The notes beneath the pieces are model-generated. The model saw nothing but the letters and a program-made list of their open reading frames with translations, ran no database searches and had not been told where the DNA came from. A program made the position numbers and the translations under genes. Of a DNA stretch of 43,968 bases, positions 8,776-16,806 are shown in pieces. Source of the stretch: an uncultured Gammaproteobacteria bacterium (GTDB taxonomy: Bacteria; Patescibacteriota; Patescibacteriia; Patescibacteriales; UBA12075); assembly GCA_964505405.1 (NCBI GenBank), contig CAZDHZ010000002.1, forward strand, positions 1 through 43,968, read 5' to 3'. Within the stretch, counting starts at the first letter, position 1. Each line of letters begins with the position of its first letter.

Positions 8776-8826
8776 TAAAAAAGAATAGCTTTAAATAACA
8801 AAATTTATCTCTGTTTTGTTGTTTAT

Positions 8827-8856
8827 TTGTTTTTAAGAAGCTGAATATGGTATAAT
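8827..8856 (+). promoter_or_regulatory. Candidate sigma70-type promoter with extended -10
   Basis: TTGTTT (8827-8832), 18-nt spacer, then TGGTATAAT (8848-8856). It would give a ~200-nt leader for the NYN gene or a separate small transcript. Confidence 0.35.
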
Positions 8857-9063
8857 AAATTTAGTTTTAATAAAAATGTGGATAAGATTTTGTTGATTTT
8901 TTAATAATTTTTTATCCATATCTAAGCCTTAAGTTTTGCAAAATCCCATGCAGGAAATTTTTTATTATATAAAAACAAAACCAAGACTGTTTTTTAGTTT
9001 TGGTTTTTTTGTTGGTTTAATGTTTTGAGGGTGTTTTTGAATATTTTAAGTGATTTTAAATTT

Positions 9064-9588
9064 ATGATAAAAAAATATATAAAAGGAAGAGTTAGCGTTT
9101 TTGTGGACGCTTCAAATGTTTATTATTCACAAAGACGTTTAAAATGGCGTATTGATTTTGTCAAATTTTTGAATTTATTAAAAAAAGAAAGTGATTTGAT
9201 TGATATTTTTTATTATACCGGTCGAGATAAGAGTTCAGAAAAACAAACAAAGTTTATTAATTTTTTAGAAAAAACAGGTTATAAGGTAAAAAGCAAAAAA
9301 CTTAAATTTATCAAAGACGGAAATTTGAAAACAAAAGATAAAGGATTTTTTAAAAGTAATTTAGATGTGGAATTAACAATTGATGTTTTGGAAACAAAGC
9401 ACAAATATAGAACATTTATATTAGTTAGTGGTGATAGTGATTTTGAACCTTTAATTAGATTAATGAAAAGGAAGTATAACAAAAAATGCTTAGTAATGGC
9501 TACTAAGCATAATATTTCAATTGAGCTAATTAAGTGTGCTAAATTTATTAATTTAGCAAAACTAAAAAAATATATTGAAAAAGTATAA
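9064..9588 (+). CDS. NYN-domain (LabA/DUF88-like) putative RNase
   Basis: VFVDASNVYY near the N-terminus and LVSGDSDFEPL later, the acidic signature of NYN/PIN-like nucleases. ATG 9064 preferred over the TTG at 9025. Confidence 0.75.
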   Translation: MIKKYIKGRVSVFVDASNVYYSQRRLKWRIDFVKFLNLLKKESDLIDIFYYTGRDKSSEKQTKFINFLEKTGYKVKSKKLKFIKDGNLKTKDKGFFKSNLDVELTIDVLETKHKYRTFILVSGDSDFEPLIRLMKRKYNKKCLVMATKHNISIELIKCAKFINLAKLKKYIEKV

Positions 9589-9616
9589 ACCCACGCTGTA
9601 AGGCGTGGGCTTTATT
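9588..9616 (+). terminator. Intrinsic terminator after the NYN gene
   Basis: CCCACGC (9590-9596) pairs with GCGTGGG (9603-9609), followed by CTTTATT. Confidence 0.5.
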
Positions 9617-9742
9617 CCCGCAGATTAATAAATTAATCCCGAGATGTTTGGTACTAATATAATAACATAATCCATATTAATGTCAACCCTATTAGATATG
9701 AAAAAGTATTTAAAATCTTCTTGGAAAAAAAGATATATAAAG

Positions 9743-9925
9743 AACAGACGAGCGGAGCGAGGAGGGATCTATAATATGTGAATGAGTATGAAAATAAGTA
9801 TTGCTAAGATAAATATGAAGTTAGAAAATTAAATATTAAAGTATAAGATTAAATATTAGAGTATAGAATCAGATGTTAAAGCGTAAAACCAAATATTAAA
9901 GATCTCTCCTCGCTCCGCTCGTTCG
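9743..9925. repeat. GC-rich 23-bp inverted repeat enclosing a 20-bp tandem array
   Basis: ACGAGCGGAGCGAGGAGGGATCT (9748-9770) matches the reverse complement of AGATCTCTCCTCGCTCCGCTCGT (9900-9922) with 1 mismatch. Between them are about 5 tandem 20-mers in phase from 9811, consensus AAATATTAAAGTATAAGATT. Confidence 0.75.
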
Positions 9926-9988
9926 AGGTGGCAAGGGTGAGGGTATAAAACAAATAGACAGAAGATTAAAATTTGCTAAGATATATTT

Positions 9989-11434
9989 ATGTCAATAAAT
10001 AATAATAAAATAAACAGCATCGCTCGTAATACCTCCTACTTTACCGCAGCTTTAGTTATGCAAAAAATTATCAGCTTTACTTATTTTGCGGTTTTAGCGC
10101 GAAATCTTGCTCCAGAAGATTTAGGGCGTTATTATTTTGCGATTAGCTTAACAACGATCTTTGCGATTTTTATAGATTTAGGCTTAGCTAATGTTTTAAC
10201 TCGGGAAACAGCCAAAGATCGGGAAAATGCGGGTAATTATTTGGGGAATATTATTTTGATAAAGCTACCCTTGATGCTTTTTTCCGTTTTAAGTGTTATT
10301 TTATATGTTAATTTATTGGGCTACCCGGCATTTACGAAAAATCTGGTTTATATCGCTTTAATTCCCATGGTTCTAGATTCCTTTACTTTAAGCTTTTACG
10401 CCTTAATCCGTGGTTTTCATAATTTAAAATATGAATCTTTCGGATCTATAATTTTTCAATTAATAGTTTTTAGCTTTGGTTTAAGCGCTTTAAAATTTGG
10501 TTTTAGTTTAAATTATGTTTTATCAGCTTTGGCACTTGCTAGTATTTTTAATTTTCTATATTCATTTTATTTTTTAAAATTTAAAATAAAGGCTCAGATT
10601 AATTTAAAATTAAATAAACCTTTAATTCAAAAAATTATTTTGATAGCTTTACCCTTCGCGGCTTATGCGGTTTTTCAGAGAATGTATATGTATTTAGATA
10701 CTGTTCTTCTTTCTCGTCTAGCTGGGGATCATTTTGTCGGACTTTATCAGATTGCTTTTAAGATTATTTTTTCTCTGCAATTTTTACCCATGGCCTTTGT
10801 GGCCTCTCTTTATCCAGCCTTCTCCGATTATTGGAAGAACAATCGAGAGCAACTGCAAATTACTTTAGAGAGAGCTATTAATTATCTTGTTTTTATTTCT
10901 CTGCCAATATCTTTCGGAATTATTGTTTTAGCGGATAAAATTCTTCTCATTTTTAAGCCTGAGTATATTGAAGCTTTAAATGCCTTAAGAATTATTATGA
11001 TTGCTATGCCTTTTATATTTATAAATTTTCCAATCGGAGCCTTGCTTAATGCTTGTGATCGGCAGAAAGTAAATACGCGCAATATGGGAATTGTTTTAAT
11101 AAGCAGTATTATTTTAAATTTAATTTTAATTCCAAAATTTAATACTCAAGGCGCAGCCATTACTGTATTAGTTAGCAATTTTTTAATGTTCATCTTAGGA
11201 ATTCTTGTTGTTCCTAAAATTACTAAAGTCAATTTTCATAAAATATTTATTCCCGGCTTAAAAGCATTGATCTCAGTATTCATCATGAGCTTGTCAGTTT
11301 ATTTTTTAAAAAGTACTATAAATTTAGTTTTAGTAATTTCCTTAGGTGCTATTATATATTTTGCGTCCATGATAATTTTAAGAGCTATTAGGAAAGAGGA
11401 TATTAAAAGTCTAGCTTCGGCTTTTGGAAAATAA
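9989..11434 (+). CDS. Polysaccharide/oligosaccharide flippase (Wzx-like, MOP superfamily)
   Basis: 481 aa, about 12-14 TM segments, with the typical N-terminal pattern ARNTSYFTAALVMQKIISF...LARNLAPEDLGRY. Confidence 0.8.
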   Translation: MSINNNKINSIARNTSYFTAALVMQKIISFTYFAVLARNLAPEDLGRYYFAISLTTIFAIFIDLGLANVLTRETAKDRENAGNYLGNIILIKLPLMLFSVLSVILYVNLLGYPAFTKNLVYIALIPMVLDSFTLSFYALIRGFHNLKYESFGSIIFQLIVFSFGLSALKFGFSLNYVLSALALASIFNFLYSFYFLKFKIKAQINLKLNKPLIQKIILIALPFAAYAVFQRMYMYLDTVLLSRLAGDHFVGLYQIAFKIIFSLQFLPMAFVASLYPAFSDYWKNNREQLQITLERAINYLVFISLPISFGIIVLADKILLIFKPEYIEALNALRIIMIAMPFIFINFPIGALLNACDRQKVNTRNMGIVLISSIILNLILIPKFNTQGAAITVLVSNFLMFILGILVVPKITKVNFHKIFIPGLKALISVFIMSLSVYFLKSTINLVLVISLGAIIYFASMIILRAIRKEDIKSLASAFGK

Positions 11435-11443
11435 TAAGGTGAA

Positions 11444-11495
11444 AATCTCACAGGCATCCGATGCCTTAGCTAAGGCATCGGATGCCTGTGAGATT
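11444..11495. terminator. Perfect 52-bp palindrome (putative terminator) with nested sub-palindromes
   Basis: AATCTCACAGGCATCCGATGCCTTAG | CTAAGGCATCGGATGCCTGTGAGATT. Each arm itself contains the palindrome AGGCATC(C/G)GATGCCT. Confidence 0.7.
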
Positions 11496-11504
11496 AGATA
11501 AATT

Positions 11505-12638
11505 ATGAAAATATTATTATTTACATTAGAATATCCGCCCTTTAAAGGGGGGATCGCTAACTATTATGGTAATTTAGTTAGGCATTGTCCAAAAGACAAT
11601 GAAATTTTTGTTTTACATAATAATGAAAATAAATTATTGTCTAATAAAATCTATCCGAAGTGGATTCCGGCTTTTTTTACTTTATACAAAAGCATTAAAA
11701 AGAATAAAATTAATCATGTAATAGTGGGGCATATTTTGCCTCTTGGAACTGTTACTTTTTTATTAAGCAAGATATTTAATTTTAAATATAGTATAGTTTT
11801 ACATGGCATGGATCTTGAATATGCCTTAAAACGAAAACAAAAAAAATATTTAGCAAAATTAATTTTAAAACATGCCCAAACTATTATTTCTACAAATTCT
11901 TATGTAGAAAAAAAGATGTTAAATTTTTTAGGATCTAAATTTGATCATAAAAGTTTTGTGGTTAATCCGGGAGTATCCTCGCGTAACGTGGAATCCTTCG
12001 GCTCCGTTCCCTCCAAAACGGCGAGCAAGCAGGACGGTCGTGGAACGTGGAACGCAGGTGAATTTTCTAATTTTAGAAAGAAGCATGATTTAGAGGGGAA
12101 ATTTATTTTGTTTACTGTGGGGCGTTTAGTGAGGCGGAAGGGGCAGGACAGGGTTATTGAGGCGGTGCAGAATTTAAGGGAGATTATCCCTAATTTATAT
12201 TATTATATTGCGGGTGCTGGGGAGGATGAAATGTATCTTAAGAATTTAGCAAAAAATAATTCTCATGTTAAATTTTTGGGTGCCATAGATGATGCGGAAA
12301 AAGATTTATGGCTTAAGAATTGTGATATATTTATCATGCCTTCGCGTGATATTAATGGAGACGTGGAAGGATTTGGGATCGTATATTTAGAAGCCGCTCT
12401 GGCCGGAAAACCGGTTATAGCTGGGCGAAGCGGAGGAGTTTCGGACGCGGTTGTGGATTATGAAACTGGAATTTTAGTGGAACCTGATAATGTTGATAGT
12501 ATAGAAGACGCTATTCAAGAACTTTATAGAAATTTTGACCTCAGACAAGAGCTGGGGGATAATGCCATGAAAAGAGCAATAAGCTCATTTAGTTGGAAAG
12601 GGCAGGCGGGGAAGTTTTTTGAGATTTGTGGAAATTAA
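11505..12638 (+). CDS. GT-B fold glycosyltransferase, family 4 (Glycos_transf_1)
   Basis: TVGRLVRRKG, PSRDINGDVEGFGIVYLEAALAGKPVIA and GILVEP motifs of GT4 enzymes. Contains an atypical GC-rich segment in the inter-domain linker. Confidence 0.85.
   Translation: MKILLFTLEYPPFKGGIANYYGNLVRHCPKDNEIFVLHNNENKLLSNKIYPKWIPAFFTLYKSIKKNKINHVIVGHILPLGTVTFLLSKIFNFKYSIVLHGMDLEYALKRKQKKYLAKLILKHAQTIISTNSYVEKKMLNFLGSKFDHKSFVVNPGVSSRNVESFGSVPSKTASKQDGRGTWNAGEFSNFRKKHDLEGKFILFTVGRLVRRKGQDRVIEAVQNLREIIPNLYYYIAGAGEDEMYLKNLAKNNSHVKFLGAIDDAEKDLWLKNCDIFIMPSRDINGDVEGFGIVYLEAALAGKPVIAGRSGGVSDAVVDYETGILVEPDNVDSIEDAIQELYRNFDLRQELGDNAMKRAISSFSWKGQAGKFFEICGN
11975..12063. repeat. GC-rich in-frame segment in the GT4 linker, probably repeat-derived
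   Basis: GC content is locally much higher than the gene. Shares GGCGAGCAAGCAGG (compare GGCGAGCGATAGCGAGG at 12706 and ACGAGCGGAGCGAGG at 9748), CGCGTAACG (compare GTTACGCG at 12911) and a terminal AGGTGAATT motif. Confidence 0.45.
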
Positions 12639-12653
12639 GTAATTCGATAATGG

Positions 12654-12884
12654 TTTTTTCTCTTTGTACTCCCAGGACATTCTTTCTTCACCTTTGTCAT
12701 CCCTGGCGAGCGATAGCGAGGGAAAGGGATCCAGGAAGAATAGCTATATGCTACTTAAATCTTCTTAGCTTTAAAAATATTTATATCTCTTCCTCCTGGA
12801 TCCCCGATAGCCTGCGGCTTCGAGGATGACAAAGGTGAATACCAAAGGCAGAGATAATGTCTTGGGATGACAAAGAGAAGAGGG
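12654..12884. mobile_element. MITE-like nested-palindromic GC-rich repeat element, copy 1
   Basis: Three nested inverted repeats: CTCTTTGTACTCCCAGGACATT / AATGTCTTGGGATGACAAAGAGAAG, TTCACCTTTGTCATCC / GGATGACAAAGGTGAA, and GGATCCAGGAAG / CTTCCTCCTGGATCC. They surround an AT-rich core that is about 80 percent identical, in inverted orientation, to 19391-19458. Confidence 0.65.
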
Positions 12885-12910
12885 AATAATTTAATAAAAT
12901 AATTTCATAT

Positions 12911-12938
12911 GTTACGCGTTATGCGTTACGAGTTATAC
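12911..12938. repeat. Four imperfect tandem heptads just upstream of the GT2 start codon
   Basis: GTTACGC GTTATGC GTTACGA GTTATAC, ending 4 nt before ATG 12943. Confidence 0.6.
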
Positions 12939-12942
12939 GAGT

Positions 12943-13641
12943 ATGATCAGCATAATAATCCCAATCTACAATCAAGCCAATAAATTAAGTGCTTGTTTAG
13001 AATCTATCAAGCGTCAGACTTATTCTAATTATGAAATTATAGTGGTGAATGATAGGTCTACGGATAGATTATCTAAAATAATTAGCAAATATAAAAAAAT
13101 ATTCGGTTATAGGATTGAGTTTTATCATAATCAGGAAAATCATGGTGCACCTTACACTCGGAATAAGGGCTTTAGATATTCTAAGGGAGAATATGTTCTT
13201 TTTCTTGATGCTGATTCTGTTTTAAGAGAGGATGCTTTAGAAGTGATGCTAGATACGCTTAAAATTCAAACAAACGCTTCTTATGTTTATCCTAACCATA
13301 AATTTGGCATGAAAAAATTTAGGCTTTTCCCCTTTGATGCAAAAAAATTAAAAAAAATGCCATATATTCATACTAGCGCTCTTTTGAGAAGGGAACATTT
13401 TCCAAAGTCAGGATGGGATGAAAGTTTAAAAAGATTACAAGACTGGGATTTGTGGCTTACTTTTTTAGAAGAAGGACATACTGGATTTTGGATTGACAAA
13501 TTATTATTTAAGGTAAGTACTGGAGGAACTATGAGTGGATGGATACCCGGTTTTTTTTATAAGTTCTTTCCGTTTTTGCCAAAAGTTAAAAAGTATAAAA
13601 AAGCTGTAGAAATTATTAAGAAGAAACACGGACTTTTATAA
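12943..13641 (+). CDS. Glycosyltransferase family 2
   Basis: ISIIIPIYNQ, VVNDRSTD and FLDADS (DxD) motifs, with the length typical of GT2. Confidence 0.85.
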   Translation: MISIIIPIYNQANKLSACLESIKRQTYSNYEIIVVNDRSTDRLSKIISKYKKIFGYRIEFYHNQENHGAPYTRNKGFRYSKGEYVLFLDADSVLREDALEVMLDTLKIQTNASYVYPNHKFGMKKFRLFPFDAKKLKKMPYIHTSALLRREHFPKSGWDESLKRLQDWDLWLTFLEEGHTGFWIDKLLFKVSTGGTMSGWIPGFFYKFFPFLPKVKKYKKAVEIIKKKHGLL

Positions 13642-13770
13642 TTTTGTAATTTTTAAATAAATCTAAAACTCAAATTTTTAAATGCGCAAAATAAAATATT
13701 TTGTTTAAAAATTCAAAAATTTAAATTTATTTATAAAATTAAAAATTATAAAAATTAAAAATTATATTCT

Positions 13771-14229
13771 ATGTTTGATTTTAAAAAGATATTATTTTTG
13801 TTTTTGTTAGTTTTTGTTCTTGGGGCATTTTGCATGTTTACGGCTTGCACATCTTCTGAGAATGAGAATATTATTAAAATTAATGATAAAGAATTTAAAG
13901 TTGAATTGGCGCGAACTGATGAGGAGACTTATCGGGGCTTAAGTTTTCGGGAAGAACTTTGTTCTGATTGTGCTATGCTTTTTATTTTTCCGGAAGCTCG
14001 AGAAAGGACTTTTGTAATGCGGAATATGCTTATTCCTTTAGATATAATTTTTATTAGAGATAATAAAATAATTAATATTCACAAAAATTTAGAACCCGAA
14101 GGAAAAAATTATAAGGGGCGTTATAGTTCAGACGGACCCGCTAATTATGTCTTAGAAATAAACGCCGGTTTGTCCGATACTTTTGGAATAAAAAAAGGGG
14201 ATGATGTTTTTATTGATATTGGGGAGTAA
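13771..14229 (+). CDS. DUF192-family protein, probable lipoprotein
   Basis: Signal/lipobox-like MFTAC, then RGLSFRE...MLFIF...FVMRNMLIPLDIIF...YVLEINAG, matching the DUF192 pattern. Confidence 0.7.
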   Translation: MFDFKKILFLFLLVFVLGAFCMFTACTSSENENIIKINDKEFKVELARTDEETYRGLSFREELCSDCAMLFIFPEARERTFVMRNMLIPLDIIFIRDNKIINIHKNLEPEGKNYKGRYSSDGPANYVLEINAGLSDTFGIKKGDDVFIDIGE

Positions 14230-14295
14230 TTTGAATTTTTTCTTTTTTGTAGATTTAACTAATTTGTTGACAAAACATCTAAACAGAATTTCCTC

Positions 14296-14432
14296 CCCCT
14301 TGTCATATAAAAGAGGTGAATTGCGAAGCAAGAGAGGCTACCCTGGGGTATGGCGACAGCCAGACAAGGTGAATTTCGAAGAAAGAGAGAGTCCCCTGGG
14401 GGAGAAAGTGCCCTGGGGTACAAAAAGTAAGG
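14296..14432. repeat. GC-rich mosaic repeat, family 2, copy 1
   Basis: Built of sub-units AGGTGAATTnCGAAGnAAGAGAG...CCCTGGGG. About 85 percent identical to the reverse complement of 19240-19350. Confidence 0.7.
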
Positions 14433-14475
14433 TCTATTATTTAAATAAATTATTAAAATAAATAAACAACAAAAA

Positions 14476-15966
14476 ATGCAAAAGAATATTTTTAGACAAA
14501 TATTTTTATATATCATACTTATAGAGTTGCTTTCGCTCTTTGCTTTTTTGGTTCCGGCATTTATGCCCTTTGCTTTTATCACGATTTTTTTAGTAACTTT
14601 AATTTTATCTTTTCAAAATCTTAAATATGGATTGTATATATTATTTATAGAGCTAATTATCGGTTCTCTCGGATATCTTTTTTGGTGGGATTTAGGATCT
14701 TTTAAAATTTCAATTCGCATTGCTCTTTGGCTTGCCCTTATGTTTGCTTGGTTTTTAAAATTATTATTTCAATTATATAAACAAAAAAACTTTTCAGCTT
14801 TTAAAAATATATTTAATAAAAATTTAAAATATTTTTACATATTATTTATTTTTATAATTTTAGGATTAGTTAATGCTTATTTTCGGGGGAATAATTTAAA
14901 AGATACATTTTTTGATTTTAATGCTTGGATTTTTTTCTTGCTTATTTTTCCTATTTCAGAAGCATTTCATGAAAAAAAAGATATCAATATTTTAATAAAA
15001 GTATTATCTGCTGGAATTTTTTGGGTGGCTTTAAAAACTTTTATTCTGCTTTTTGTTTTTTCTCATAATTTTTCATTTTTACCGGAATTATATCGCTGGA
15101 TAAGAGATACGCGGGTGGGGGAGATTACTAGATTTGATTCTGGATTTGTTAGAATTTTTTTCCAATCTCATATTTATTTTATCCCAGCATTCTTTTATGC
15201 TTTTTATAGAATATTTATTAAGTTTAAAGAATCTGGAAAATTTAGAAATATTTTAATTTACTTCGCATATTTAACTTGTTTTTTAAGTATTATCATTCTT
15301 GGTTATTCTCGTAGTAATTGGCTCGGATTTTTATTGGGATTATTTTTATTTTTTATTTTCCTTTTTTATGAAAAAAATAAATTAAAAAATATTTTTAAAT
15401 TATTAATAACTTTTATTTTAAGCGGAATTTTTTCTTTAATTTTTATTTCTTTAATTATAAATTTTCCTTTACCAAATATAAAAAATAATTTAAACGCTTT
15501 ATCTTTAGTGGGGGATAGAGCGTCTCAAGTTAGTTCTGAAGCTGGAGCTTCTTCTAGATGGAATTTATTACCGGTTTTATGGAAAGAAATTAAAAGTTCT
15601 CCCATTATTGGAAAAGGTTTTGGGCGAAATGTTACTTATATTTCTGATGATCCTAGAGTGAGAGAGCAGAATTTAGATGGAATTTATAAAACTTATGCCT
15701 TTGAATGGGGTTGGCTTGATATCTGGCTTAAATTGGGATTTTTTGGCTTAATAGCTTATTTACTATTATTGTTTAATATAATTCAAAAAACATTTGAAAT
15801 TATTAAAGAAAATAGTCAAAATAAAATATTTTTTATAAGTTTTTTAATAGGATTATTTTCCATAATAGCTATTCATTTTTTTAGCCCTTATTTAAATCAT
15901 CCCCTAGGTATCGCATATTTAGTATTATTGGCCACAGCAAGCAATAAGCTCTTGCCAAAAGTTTAA
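14476..15966 (+). CDS. O-antigen ligase/polymerase-like (Wzy_C family) membrane protein
   Basis: 496 aa polytopic protein with a central YSRSNWLGFLLGLFLF motif and a following periplasmic loop typical of the Wzy_C family. Confidence 0.65.
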   Translation: MQKNIFRQIFLYIILIELLSLFAFLVPAFMPFAFITIFLVTLILSFQNLKYGLYILFIELIIGSLGYLFWWDLGSFKISIRIALWLALMFAWFLKLLFQLYKQKNFSAFKNIFNKNLKYFYILFIFIILGLVNAYFRGNNLKDTFFDFNAWIFFLLIFPISEAFHEKKDINILIKVLSAGIFWVALKTFILLFVFSHNFSFLPELYRWIRDTRVGEITRFDSGFVRIFFQSHIYFIPAFFYAFYRIFIKFKESGKFRNILIYFAYLTCFLSIIILGYSRSNWLGFLLGLFLFFIFLFYEKNKLKNIFKLLITFILSGIFSLIFISLIINFPLPNIKNNLNALSLVGDRASQVSSEAGASSRWNLLPVLWKEIKSSPIIGKGFGRNVTYISDDPRVREQNLDGIYKTYAFEWGWLDIWLKLGFFGLIAYLLLLFNIIQKTFEIIKENSQNKIFFISFLIGLFSIIAIHFFSPYLNHPLGIAYLVLLATASNKLLPKV

Positions 15967-16018
15967 AAATTATATATATTGAAAGTTGTATAAAATAAAA
16001 AATTATCTAAAAAAAATT

Positions 16019-16477
16019 ATGGAAGATCAAATTATATCTCAAGAGGGTTATGAAAAACTTGAGAAAGAGCTTGAATATTTAAAAACAATAAAAAGAAGAG
16101 AGATTGCTGATCGTATTCAAAAGGCTAAAGATATGGGTGATTTAAGTGAGAATGCTGAATATGCTGAAGCGAAAGACGCCCAGGCTTTTAATGATGGTCG
16201 GATTGCTGAATTAAATTCTATGTTAAAAAATCTTACTGTTGTTCAAAATGAATCTAAAAAAGACTCAATCGGTATGGGCTCTCGTGTTTTAGCTAAAAAT
16301 GATAATAAAGAAAAAGAATTTACTATAGTAAGTTTTAATGAGGCCGATCCTTTGAAAGGAAAAATATCAAATGAATCTCCCCTAGGTCGAGCATTTTTAA
16401 ACAAGAAGAAAGGAGAAAAAGTAATAGTTAATACTCCTAAAGGTGATGTGGAATATAAGATAATAAATGTTAATTAA
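16019..16477 (+). CDS. greA: Transcription elongation factor GreA
   Basis: N-terminal coiled coil (EGYEKLEKELEYLK...DLSENAEYAEAKDAQ) and C-terminal SPLGRAFLNKKKGE domain. ATG 16019 preferred over TTG 15986. Confidence 0.9.
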   Translation: MEDQIISQEGYEKLEKELEYLKTIKRREIADRIQKAKDMGDLSENAEYAEAKDAQAFNDGRIAELNSMLKNLTVVQNESKKDSIGMGSRVLAKNDNKEKEFTIVSFNEADPLKGKISNESPLGRAFLNKKKGEKVIVNTPKGDVEYKIINVN

Positions 16478-16710
16478 ATAATTTAAGAATTTTTTCATAT
16501 TTTTTTAATCATTGAGTGCTATTCTTAAAATACTAAATGGATATTGTCTGAAGTTTTTGATGCCTTTAATTCATTTATAGGAATAGTGCTTATTGCTTTT
16601 ATTGATTAAAAATTCGCCTAATCAAATGAAGTTATTGAAGCGCGCCTATGAAGGATTATTTAAAGCGAGAAAACAAAAGCAATATCCGTCCAAATATTAA
16701 TGAATCACAT

Positions 16711-16740
16711 AAAAAAGCTCTTCTTCTTGAAGAGTTTTTT
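16711..16740. terminator. Intrinsic terminator-like hairpin in an otherwise unassigned spacer
   Basis: AAAAAAG CTCTTC TTCTT GAAGAG TTTTTT. A-run and T-run flank a 6-bp GC-containing stem. Confidence 0.55.
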
Positions 16741-16806
16741 AATGGACAAAAAGAGTTCAATAATATATTATTTAGATATAAAACAGGTCAATTGTAAATA
16801 AAATTT

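Noticed and set aside
9791-9910. Possible CRISPR array
   Set aside because: The 20-mers are contiguous tandem repeats without unique spacers. There are no cas genes in the window, and the units are degenerate.
12626-12829. 67-aa + strand ORF from the six-frame track
   Set aside because: It lies wholly inside the MITE-like palindromic element, and its openness is explained by locally high GC. The same applies to 14201-14461 (+), 14259-14582 (-) and 19189-19419 (+), which overlap the GC-rich repeats.
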